A DNA stretch of 31,443 bases from Mesotaenium endlicherianum (Eukaryota): contig WELA01000374.1 in assembly GCA_009602735.1 (NCBI GenBank), forward strand, positions 62,001 to 93,443, given 5' to 3'. Shown piece by piece: positions 1 to 9,434 of this stretch; position 1 is the stretch's first letter, and every line of letters starts with the position of its first letter. A model generated the notes under the pieces. It worked only from the letters and a program-made list of their open reading frames with translations, was not told where the DNA came from and searched no databases. The translations under genes were made by a program, and so were the position numbers.

Positions 1-3000
1 CCGTCCCAGACAGCGGGGACCGGTCCCGGTTGGACAGGGAACCGACCTGTGAACCGTGTATCACCTTTGATGTACGGTTCCAGGAAGGAGACATTAAAGA
101 CCGGGTGCCCCTTGTATTCAGCTGACATGTTCAGTCTGTAAGCATTCTGACCGACACGACGGGCCACCGAATAGGGACCGACCCAGACAGGGCCAAGCTT
201 TTTCTTGACCACACCAGGGAGGTACAGGTGCTGAGAATGCAGTTTGACTAAATCCCCCTTGGAAAATGTCAGTTCCCGACGGTGTTGATTAGCGTATTTT
301 TGTTGGTTTTCTTGGGCCGTGTGCAAGTTTCGTTGGACTTCTGACAGGGTGTCAGCAAACTCCTGAGTTAACTGGAGGGAGACCGGGTTGTCAATCCCTT
401 CAGGGTGAGTTAAAGATTCCCCTAGCACATCTAGAGGAGACTTAGGGACTCTACCCAGGCTGAGTTCAAAAGGAGTTTTGCCCGTTGACGCGTGCACCGC
501 ACTGTTGACCGCAAACTGAATTTGAGGCAACAGGTCATCCCAATTATCTTGTTTTTGGTTAATATATGCTCTCAGCACCTCCTGCAGAACTCGGTTAGTT
601 CTTTCAGTCTGCCCATCAGTCTGAGGGTGGTTTGCTGTGCTGAGCAGCTGTTTGACTCCCATTAACCCCATTAAAGCTCTCCAGAACTTAGAGGTGAATT
701 TTGAGTCTCTGTCTGAGATGATATTAGAAGGGAGCCCATGTTGGCATACTACATGGTTGTAAAACTGTCTCGCTGTTTCGAGTGCAGTCACTTTGACAGT
801 TGTGGGGATAAAAATGACCATTTTTGTCAGTTTATCCACGACTACCAGTATTGAATCATGCCCGTTGGCAGTTCTTGGTAGTGAGACCACCCAGTCCATG
901 GATATAGTTTCCCAGCGTCCCGCTGGGATGGGTAGCGGTTGCAAGAGACCTCCGGGTGGTGTGTGCCGAGACTTATTTCTCTGACACTGGTCACAGGACT
1001 TGACATATTTCAAGACCTCCCGGGGTAACCCCTCCCAATGATAATGTTTTGCCAGTTTGCCAACAGTTTTGGCCTGCCCCAAATGTCCACCCAGGAGACT
1101 GTCATGAGCTTGACTCAGTAAGAGAGACCTTATTTCCAAGTTATTAGGAATGACCAGCTTCAGCCTGCCTGAAGTGGTTTCAGTCACCCAGACCCCTCCC
1201 TTGAGCTTATACCCGAGTGCAGTAGCACGACACACACCAGTAGTGGGGCTGGGCTCAAATGTTGGGTCAGAAAGGTAGGCTTTCCTAAGTTGTTCAAGGA
1301 AGGACTTTTTCACCTTTAGTGAAGTGAGTGCACACAGGACTTTATCTACAGCATGCTGACTAAAGTTCCTTTCTTGCAAGTCAGGTCTTCTAGAGAGTGC
1401 ATCAGCAGGATTCAACTTCCCTGGTTTGTAGTCGATCTGGACTTGGAACTGCTCCAGCATCTGGCTCCAGCGGTTCTCCCTCCTCGACAGCTTGGACTTC
1501 TTCTGAAAGTGGGTCAGAGCTAGATGATCTGTAATCACCTTAAAAGCTTTACCATGTAAGTATGCTCTCCACTGTTTGAGTACATGAATGATAGCTAGCA
1601 GCTCTTTATCATGCACTGAGTAATTAATCTCCGCTGGATTAAATTTCATAGACTCATACAACACAGGATGCCACTCCTGCCGTACCTTACCATCCTTTGT
1701 GGTTTTGTCAGCAGGCTGCAACAAAATAGCACCCATGGCAAAATCAGAGGCATCAGTAACCACCTGCACCGGTTTGCTGGGGTCATACACGGCTAGCACT
1801 GGGGCAGAACAAAGGGCATCTTTAAGGGTCTGGAAGGCAGCCTGCTGCTCTTCCCCCCACACATACCCGATGTCTTTCTTAGTAAGGTCAGTCAGTTTAC
1901 TGGCCTTTGTGGAATAATTCTCAATAAATCTCCTATAGTAGTTAGCCAACCCGAGGAAGGATCTAACTTCAGAGACAGACTGTGGTACTGGCCAGTCCCT
2001 TATGGTCTGGACTTTCTTAGGATCCACACTGATGCCCTCTTTACCGACAACGTGACCTAAGAATTCAACACTTTCCTTAAAAAAATCACACTTGCTCATC
2101 TTAGCATACAAGTGATTTTTCCGCAAAGTGTCCAGCACTTTCTTTAAGTGTTCAGTGTGCTGAGCTTCATCTTTAGAGAAAATTAAAATATCATCCAGGA
2201 AAACTTGCACAAACTTATCCAAATAAGGCCTGAAAATGTCATTCATAGCACCCATAAAGGTAGCAGGAGCATTAGTCAGTCCAAATGGCATCACGTTGAA
2301 CTCATAGTGTCCATAACGTGTGCGGAAAGCAGTCTTGTGTTCATCCCCCTCAGCAATTCTGATTTGATGATAACCACTCTTGAGATCTATCTTACTGAAC
2401 ACCTTAGCGCCAGACAGGGTATCAAGCAAGTCCTCGATCCTGGGTAAAGCATACTTGTTCTTTACTGTAATTCTGTTCAGGGCTCTGTAATCCACACACA
2501 TCCGCATACTGCCATCCTTTTTCTTAACAAATAGGATAGGTGCGCCGTACAGTGATTTACTGGGAGAAATGTAACCATTTTCCTCCAGCTCTGCAATCTG
2601 TGTTTTCAACTCCTCGCTCTCCAAATAAGACAAGCCATATGTGCGTTGCCAGGGTGGCTGGCTACCAGGTTATAGATCAATCCTATGATCTACTTCCCTT
2701 TTAGGGGGTAGTCCTGGAGGCATGTTAAACACATCAGTGTACTGAGCAACAATTTTTGCAGCAGTAGGGTGTTCCGGAGGGCTTACCTTTTTCTCAACCA
2801 CTTCTTCAGGTTGAGGAGGTACCTCTCTTAGCAGCAGACAGAACATTCTGTCTTCCTTCTGGTTCCAGCTTTTGACGAACTCCATTGCATTCAGCAACTT
2901 GCATCCTTCTGGAAGCCTCTTCTTTTCCTTCATTTGCCATCCACACAGGACAAGAGGAAGAGCACTGGTGGGTGCCAAGTCAGTCTGCCCATCACTGGCT

Positions 3001-3611
3001 CCTCTCACTTTAACTGTACCTCTGCTCCAACACACTTCAGCTTGATGTCTATTAAGCCAGGACCTGCCTAGCACGAGATCATAAAAGCCAGTGTTGAGTA
3101 CCTCAAATGTAAGCGTTTCAGTTAGAACTGCAATGCCAGAACCTAACTGGACCTCAATAGGCTTGGTTATAACTCCTCCCGGGATACTTGAGGCATCTCC
3201 AAGGAATATTTTTCTATTCCCTTGGGTGACAGTAGGCAGCCTTAGCCGCTTAACTAAGTCCTTGTGAATAAAAGTATGTGACGCCCCTCCGTCAACAAAT
3301 GCCCTCACCTTCCTACCTGCAATCATGCAATGCAGTAGGATAGGGGGGACTGTCTTTTCCTGACTTTCGCATTGTTCTCCTGACGTAGCAAAGAAATGTT
3401 GGACATCAGGTGGAACAAGAGCATCCAGAGTGTGCACTCTCTGGACGTCTATATTACTGATGGTCTCCTTTATCTGTTTGTCAGGCATGCATAGTGAATC
3501 CAGTTCAGCAGGACCCATAATACCTGCTACGAGGGCAGCTAGTGACGACTCACTATCTCTAGCATCCTCACAGTCAGTAGACTGGATTACTGACTGTTGC
3601 TGTCTTTTAAA
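1..3611 (-). pseudogene. pol: pol of copy A (PR-RT-RNaseH-IN), -1 frame relative to gag, one premature stop seen
   Basis: PR AFVDGGASHTFI. RT ...[25 protein letters not shown]...[12 protein letters not shown]...[10 protein letters not shown] (FLDD at 2190-2201). RNase H VVTDAS and the integrase match 7066-8920. In-frame TAA at 2670-2672 where copy B has TTA (Leu). The frame appears open from there to the window edge. Confidence 0.93.
3570..3611 (-). promoter_or_regulatory. Programmed -1 ribosomal frameshift signal (slippery heptamer plus hairpin)
   Basis: T-TTA-AAA in the gag frame (3611-3605), 7-nt spacer GACAGCA, perfect 10-bp stem ACAGTCAGTA/TACTGACTGT with an 8-nt loop (3597-3570). The -1 frame is open from the heptamer into the protease. 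Confidence 0.8.
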
Positions 3612-5065
3612 GGCTGGTCTTTTCTCTCGACCTTAGGCAGGTGCTTGACCGGACACTGTTCTCTGTAGTGGCCTTTCTGCTGACAATGGTAGCAAGTAGA
3701 TTTTGCTGAGGCTGGTCTCGGCTTAGTCCTACCACCACCCCTTCCATAGCCACCTCGAGAGGGACCACCTCTACCTCTAGACTGAATAGCATTGTACTCA
3801 TACTCATATTCATCACCCTGATTATCCTCAGCCTGGTCTCCTTCAACTGCATTGTAGGAACCGTGGGGCTTTTTGACAATCTTAGACACCAAAGCGTTAC
3901 TCTGGCGCTTGTGATTGAACTGCTGCTGATCCCAGGCGTCAGCATCCTGGATCAAGTCAGCCAGTTTCTCATACTTTTTCTCAGCAAAATGACCAGAGAC
4001 CTCGGATTTCAAGCCATACCTGAAGTATGCTATCCTATACCGTTCTGGCAAATCAGGCTGCTTCATCATGTTCTCTTGGAACTTTTGAGCAAACTCAGCA
4101 ACTGAAGTGGTCTGCTTCAGTGTCAGGGAGATCATCGCATAGATAGCTTTCTCCTGCTGGTTGATGACATCAAACTTCTCATGCAACTTCTCGACAAACT
4201 CTACCCACGTAGGGTCACCGAGTTGCCGAGCCTTACGCTCTTCCTTCCAGTAAAGCCACCAGTCTGCGGCACTGCCTTTCAGTAGCGCACCGGTGTGCCT
4301 GACCTTCTCGTAATCTTGCAGTTCTGGGTAGTTCTCCAGCCACTGCTCAACATCCGCGAGAAACTTGATCAGGTAATATTTTCTGTTTCCCTCAGGATCA
4401 TAGTCCTGGGGAGGTTTCGGCTTGGGCTTACTAGGCCCTCGGCCACCACCACTAGTGGTGTGAGACCCCAGTTGGTCTCTGTCCCGGAGTAGGGACATTA
4501 TGATTCTTTTGTCCTCCTGCTGGGACTGATACATGGTCGCCATTTGCGACTGCATCTGAACGAACAATGCTCCCAAGTCTACATTTTGGGGTGGTAGATT
4601 AGCAAATGCAGCAGCAGCATTGGCATCTACTCGCTGAGTAGTGTCCTCAACAATCCCTCTTGCTCCTGCAGCAGCAATTCCTGCCGCATTCAGCCGGTCA
4701 CGTATTTGACCTAGGGGTACATTGAGTTGTACGGCAGGAGGTGGGTTCAGAACATTGGCCCTTGATGCCATAAGTTCTTCAACAGTGCGCTCGTCAGCTG
4801 GCTGTCCTTCCCTCCTTTGTATATCTTCAGCGGCCTTTGCTACTTGTTCAGCTTCTAGTCTGGCTATCTCCTCCTCAGCTTGCTGAGCTGCGACTGAGGC
4901 AATAGCAGCTGCCTCATCTGCAGCCTCCCTAGCTGCAGTATCCGCTACTGCTTCCGAATAGGTACGGTTTCCCGCTACATGGCTTTCCGCCTGGTTTTCG
5001 ACATTCTCGTTATCCTGGTTCTCCATGTCTCGGGAGTTGCTAGTTTGAGACCTTGTCCTTACCAT
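3587..5065 (-). CDS. gag: Retrotransposon Gag (492 aa)
   Basis: Retrotrans_gag-like core (LKGSAADWW...TWVEFVEKLHEKF...LKQTTSVAEFAQKF), RGG-rich segment, CCHC knuckle CYHCQQKGHYREQC. Starts about 20 nt after the PBS. Confidence 0.95.
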   Translation of the reverse strand: MVRTRSQTSNSRDMENQDNENVENQAESHVAGNRTYSEAVADTAAREAADEAAAIASVAAQQAEEEIARLEAEQVAKAAEDIQRREGQPADERTVEELMASRANVLNPPPAVQLNVPLGQIRDRLNAAGIAAAGARGIVEDTTQRVDANAAAAFANLPPQNVDLGALFVQMQSQMATMYQSQQEDKRIIMSLLRDRDQLGSHTTSGGGRGPSKPKPKPPQDYDPEGNRKYYLIKFLADVEQWLENYPELQDYEKVRHTGALLKGSAADWWLYWKEERKARQLGDPTWVEFVEKLHEKFDVINQQEKAIYAMISLTLKQTTSVAEFAQKFQENMMKQPDLPERYRIAYFRYGLKSEVSGHFAEKKYEKLADLIQDADAWDQQQFNHKRQSNALVSKIVKKPHGSYNAVEGDQAEDNQGDEYEYEYNAIQSRGRGGPSRGGYGRGGGRTKPRPASAKSTCYHCQQKGHYREQCPVKHLPKVERKDQPLKDSNSQ

Positions 5066-5086
5066 ACAAAGAAGACTGTGATAACT

Positions 5087-5098
5087 GCTCCGATACCA
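5087..5098 (-). promoter_or_regulatory. Primer binding site complementary to initiator tRNA-Met
   Basis: TGGTATCGGAGC on the minus strand, 1 nt after the LTR-terminal CA. The canonical iMet PBS is TGGTATCAGAGC. Confidence 0.9.
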
Positions 5099-5099
5099 C

Positions 5100-5845
5100 T
5101 GAAATGAATCGACTTACCAAATAGGCGATTAACAATTAATAAAGATCTTTATATCAGCAAGTAATCTTTATGGTAATTTCCGTTAACTGGTTAAACGGCA
5201 AAGGACAATACACTAGCAGTGAATAATACTCGTAAGTCAAATGCGAGTAAACTAGCATCAATAATGCAAATCAGTAAACTCATACATAAGCAAGGTTAGA
5301 AGACAGTGCGTATCAATGGCTTCTCGCCTTGGATTCAGATCTCTCTCAGTAAGCTGTACAAGAGAGTTGGCCTCGTTTCCGAATGCCGAACTCGAGAGCA
5401 ATGCCTAGCATATGTACATGGAATGAGTTTACTGTTCAACGGTCAGTGCGATGGCACCGCCTACCCGGGAGTTAACCACGTTGGTAGGACCTCGGTTAAC
5501 CAAATCCACCGCCATCTCCCATCATCCCGAATAGCCATCCATCATGGGGATGTCATCTGGCCATTCCTCTAGCAGAAGGTACTTAGATGCTTATCAAGGC
5601 AGTTCGCTGCTACCGAGCACGGAAGTCAGCTGGCTGTCAAAGAATGTGTCAGCAAGCTGACTTAAGTTGACTTCAGCCTGCTGCTTTTGGCCGAGTCATT
5701 AAACTGATAATTATGTAAAGTCCAGCAGACTGATTATTAACTAAAGTTCAGCAGACTGACTACTAACTAAAGTTCGGCAGGCTGCACTAAATTAACTATT
5801 ATATTTAAATGAATATTATATCTACTAATGTACTGATTCATTACA
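5100..5845 (-). repeat. 5' LTR of copy A (746 bp)
   Basis: Minus strand begins TGTAATGAATCAGTA and ends GTCGATTCATTTCA. Homologous along its length to 11156-11905 and directly followed by the PBS. Confidence 0.93.
5716..5796. repeat. Three tandem ~26-bp repeats in the U3 part of the LTR
   Basis: TAAAGTCCAGCAGACTGATTATTAAC / TAAAGTTCAGCAGACTGACTACTAAC / TAAAGTTCGGCAGGCTGCACTAAATTAAC. Confidence 0.8.
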
Positions 5846-8800
5846 CCCCCTATCCTACTGCATTGCATGATTGCAGGTAGGAAGGTGAGGGCATTTGTTG
5901 ACGGAGGGGCGTCACATACTTTTATCCACAAGGACTTAGTTAAGCGGCTAAGGTTGCCTACTGTCACCCAAGGGAGTAGAAAAATATTCCTTGGAGATGC
6001 CTCAAGTATCCCAGGAGGAGTTATAACCAAGCCTATTCAGGTCCAGTTAGGTTCTGGCATTGCAGTTCTAACTGAAACGCTTACATTTGAGGTACTCAAC
6101 ACTGGCTTTTATGATCTCGTGCTAGGGAGGTCCTGGCTTAACAGACATCAAGCTGAAGTGTGTTGGAGCAGAGGTACAATTAAAGTGAGAGGTGCCAATG
6201 ATGGGCAGACTGACTTGGCACCCACCAGTGCTCTTCCCTCTTGTCCTGTGTGGATGGCAAATGAAGGAAACGAAGAGGCTTCCAGAAGGATGCAAGTTGC
6301 TGAATGCAATGGAGTTCGTCAAAAGCTGGAACCAGAAGGAGGACATAATGTTCTGTCTGCTGCTAAGAGAGGTACCTCCTCAACCTCAAGAAGTGGTTGA
6401 GATAAAGGTAAGCTCTCCGGAGCACCCTACTGCTGCAAAAATTGTTGCTCAGTACACTGATGTATTTAATATGCCTTCAGGACTACCCCCTAAGAGGGAA
6501 GTAGATCATAGGATTGATCTATTACCTGGGAGTCAGCCACCTTGGCAACGCACGTATGGCTTGTCTTATGTGGAGAGCGAGGAGTTGAAAAGACAGATTG
6601 CAGAGCTTGAGGAAAATGGTTATATTTCTCCCAGTAAATCACCTTAAGGCGCACCCATCCTATTTGTCAAGAAAAAGGATGGCAGTATGCGGATGTGTGT
6701 GGATTACAGAGTCCTGAATAGAATTACGATATAGAACAAGTATGCCTTACCCAGAATCGAGGACTTGCTTGATACACTGAACACTTAAAGACAGTCCTGG
6801 ACACTCTGCGAAAAAATCACTTATATGCTAAAAGGAGCAAGTGTGATTTCTTTAAGGAAAGTATTGAATTCTTAGGCCACGTTGTCAGTAAAGAGGGCAT
6901 CAGTGTGGATCCTAAGAAAGTCCAGACCATAAAGGACTGGCCAGTACCACAGTCTGTCTCTGAAGTTAGATCCTTCCTCGGGTTGGCTAACTACTATAGG
7001 AGATTTATTGAGAATTAATCCACACAGGCCAGTAAACTGACCTTACTAAGAAAGACATCGGGTATGTGTGGGGGGAGGAGCAGCAGGCTGCCTTCCAGAC
7101 CCTTAAAGATGCCCTTTGTTCTGCCCCAGTGCTAGCCGTGTATGACCCCAGCAAACCGGTGCAGGTGGTTACTGATGCCTCTGATTTTGCCATGGGTGCT
7201 ATTTTGTTGCAGCCTGCTGACAAAACCACAAAGGATGGTAAGGTACGGCAGGAGTGGCATCCTGTGTTGTATGAGTCTATGAAATTTAATCCAGCGGAGA
7301 TTAATTACTCAGTGCATGATAAAGAGCTGCTAGCTATCATTCATGTACTCAAACAGTGGAGAGCATACTTACATGGTAAAGCTTTTAAGGTGATTACAGA
7401 TCATCTAGCTCTGACCCACTTTCAGAAGAAGTCCAAGCTGTCGAGGAGGGAGAACCGCTGGAGCCAGATGCTGGAGCAGTTCCAAGTCCAGATCGACTAC
7501 AAACCAGGGAAGTTGAATCCTGCTGATGCACTCTCTAGAAGACCTGACTTGCAAGAAAGGAACTTTAGTCAGCATACTGTAGATAAAGTCCTGTGTGCAC
7601 TCACTTCACTAAAGGTGAAAAAGTCCTTCCTTGAACAACTTAGGAAAGCCTACCTTTCTGACCCAACATTTGAGCCCAGCCCCACTACTGGTATGTGTCG
7701 TGCTACCGCACTCGGGTATAAGCTCAAGGGAGGGGTCTGGGTGACTGAAACCACTTCAGGCAGGCTGAAGCTGGTCATTCCTAATAATTTGGAAATAAGG
7801 TCTCTCTTACTGAGTCAAGCTCATGACAGTCTCCTGGGTGGACATTTGGGGCAGGCCAAAACTGTTGGCAAACTGGCAAAACATTATCATTGGGAGGGGT
7901 TACCCCGGGAGGTCTTGAAATATGTCAAGTCCTGTGACCAGTGTCAGAGAAATAAGTCTCGGCACACACCACCCGGAGGTCTCTTGCAACCGCTACCCAT
8001 CCCAGCGGGACGCTGGGAAACTATATCCATGGACTGGGTGGTCTCACTACCAAGAACTGCCAACGGGCATGATTCAATACTGGTAGTCGTGGATAAACTG
8101 ACAAAAATGGTCATTTTTATCCCCACAACTGTCAAAGTGACTGCACTCGAAACAGCGAGACAGTTTTACAACCATGTAGTATGCCAACATGGGCTCCCTT
8201 CTAATATCATCTCAGACAGAGACTCAAAATTCACCTCTAAGTTCTGGAGAGCTTTAATGGGGTTAATGGGAGTCAAACAGCTGCTCAGCACAGCAAACCA
8301 CCCTCAGACTGATGGGCAGACTGAAAGAACTAACCGAGTTCTGCAGGAGGTGCTGAGAGCATATATTAACCAAAAACAAGATAATTGGGATGACCTGTTG
8401 CCTCAAATTCAGTTTGCGGTCAACAGTGCGGTGCACGCGTCAACGGGCAAAACTCCTTTTGAACTCAGCCTGGGTAGAGTCCCTAAGTCTCCTCTAGATG
8501 TGCTAGGGGAATCTTTAACTCACCCTGAAGGGATTGACAACCCGGTCTCCCTCCAGTTAACTCAGGAGTTTGCTGACACCCTGTCAGAAGTCCAACGAAA
8601 CTTGCACAAGGCCCAAGAAAACCAACAAAAATACGCTAATCAACACCGTCGGGAACTGACATTTTCCAAGGGGGATTTAGTCAAACTGCATTCTCAGCAC
8701 CTGTACCTCCCTGGTGTGGTCAAGAAAAAGCTTGGCCCTGTCTGGGTCGGTCCATATTCGGTGGTCCGTCGTGTCGGTCAGAATACTTACAAACAGCACA

Positions 8801-9126
8801 TGTCAGCAGACTACAAGGGTCACCCGGTCTTTAATGTCTCCTTCCTGGAACCATACATCAAAGGTGATACACTGTTCACAGGTCGGTTACCTGTCCAACC
8901 GGGACCGGTCCCCGCTGTCCGGGACGGCGATCCTGAGGAGTATGAGGTCGATGAGATTTTAGACGCTCGCTCGGTCCGTCGATCGTCTAAATATATCATG
9001 AAGTACCTCATCCGATGGAAGGGTTACGATGCCTCTGGGGACACTTGGGAATTTAAAGATCAGCTGACCAATGCCAAAGGGGCGTTGAAACGGTTCCACC
9101 TTCGGGCGGCTGGGGCACCTCCCTAA
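5846..9126 (+). pseudogene. pol: pol of copy B: disrupted PR/RT, followed by an open RNaseH-integrase-chromodomain frame (7066-9126)
   Basis: +1 C at ~6236, TAA 6645-6647, TAG ~6732, 262-bp deletion of the RT core at ~6779, TAA ~7016, 4-bp deletion ~7040. Downstream: RNase H (TDASD, DKELLA, TDH), HHCC zinc finger, DDE (SMDW, SDRD, GQTER), GPY motif, chromodomain. Confidence 0.94.
8935..9102 (+). other. C-terminal chromodomain of integrase (canonical/group I-like)
   Basis: EEYEVDEILDAR...KYLIRWKGYDASGDTWEFKDQLTNA; the aromatic-cage residues Y, W and Y are present. Confidence 0.92.
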
Positions 9127-9434
9127 CTGTCATTTCAGTTGACACGGGAAGGTGACAGGAGGTCTCCATATAAGTTGGAGGGAGATGTGACAGTTAGTGA
9201 CAGTTGTGACAGGCAGCCCACCTTTAAATTTAAGTTGGAGGGAATGGTATTCTCTGATCACCATATTACCCACTCAACCTGCGCTCACACTCACTTGCTC
9301 TCCAACTCAATTTTTCATTATATTCGCTCACACCAGGTATTCCACTCTAGGAACTCTCCCGATCGCGTCCCTCTTTATCAAGGGCACTCAGTAGCGGCAA
9401 ATTATTAACTGCATTGTATTTATGATTGAGCAGG

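Larger units (their letters stand above)
1..5845 (-). mobile_element. Ty3/gypsy (chromovirus-type) LTR retrotransposon, copy A; 5' portion, continues past the left edge of the window
   Basis: On the minus strand the order is LTR (TG...CA), PBS, gag, PR, RT, RNase H, IN, which is the Ty3/gypsy order. Near-identical to the chromodomain-bearing copy at 5846-11905. Confidence 0.97.

Noticed and set aside
793..2447. Plus-strand ORFs 793-984, 1699-1917, 2205-2447 and their twins at 7005-7229 and 7944-8135
   Set aside because: Antisense shadows of pol; duplicated only because the elements are inverted copies.
5055..5065. ATG|GTAAGG at the gag start as a splice donor for an env-style ORF3 mRNA
   Set aside because: Joining it to the CAG at 9431-9433 puts the gag ATG out of frame with ORF3, and MVRTR starts are common in Gag. 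No support without transcripts.
9245..9256. TGGTATTC after the second internal PPT as a second PBS
   Set aside because: Only 6 nt match the iMet PBS and there is no preceding LTR-terminal CA.
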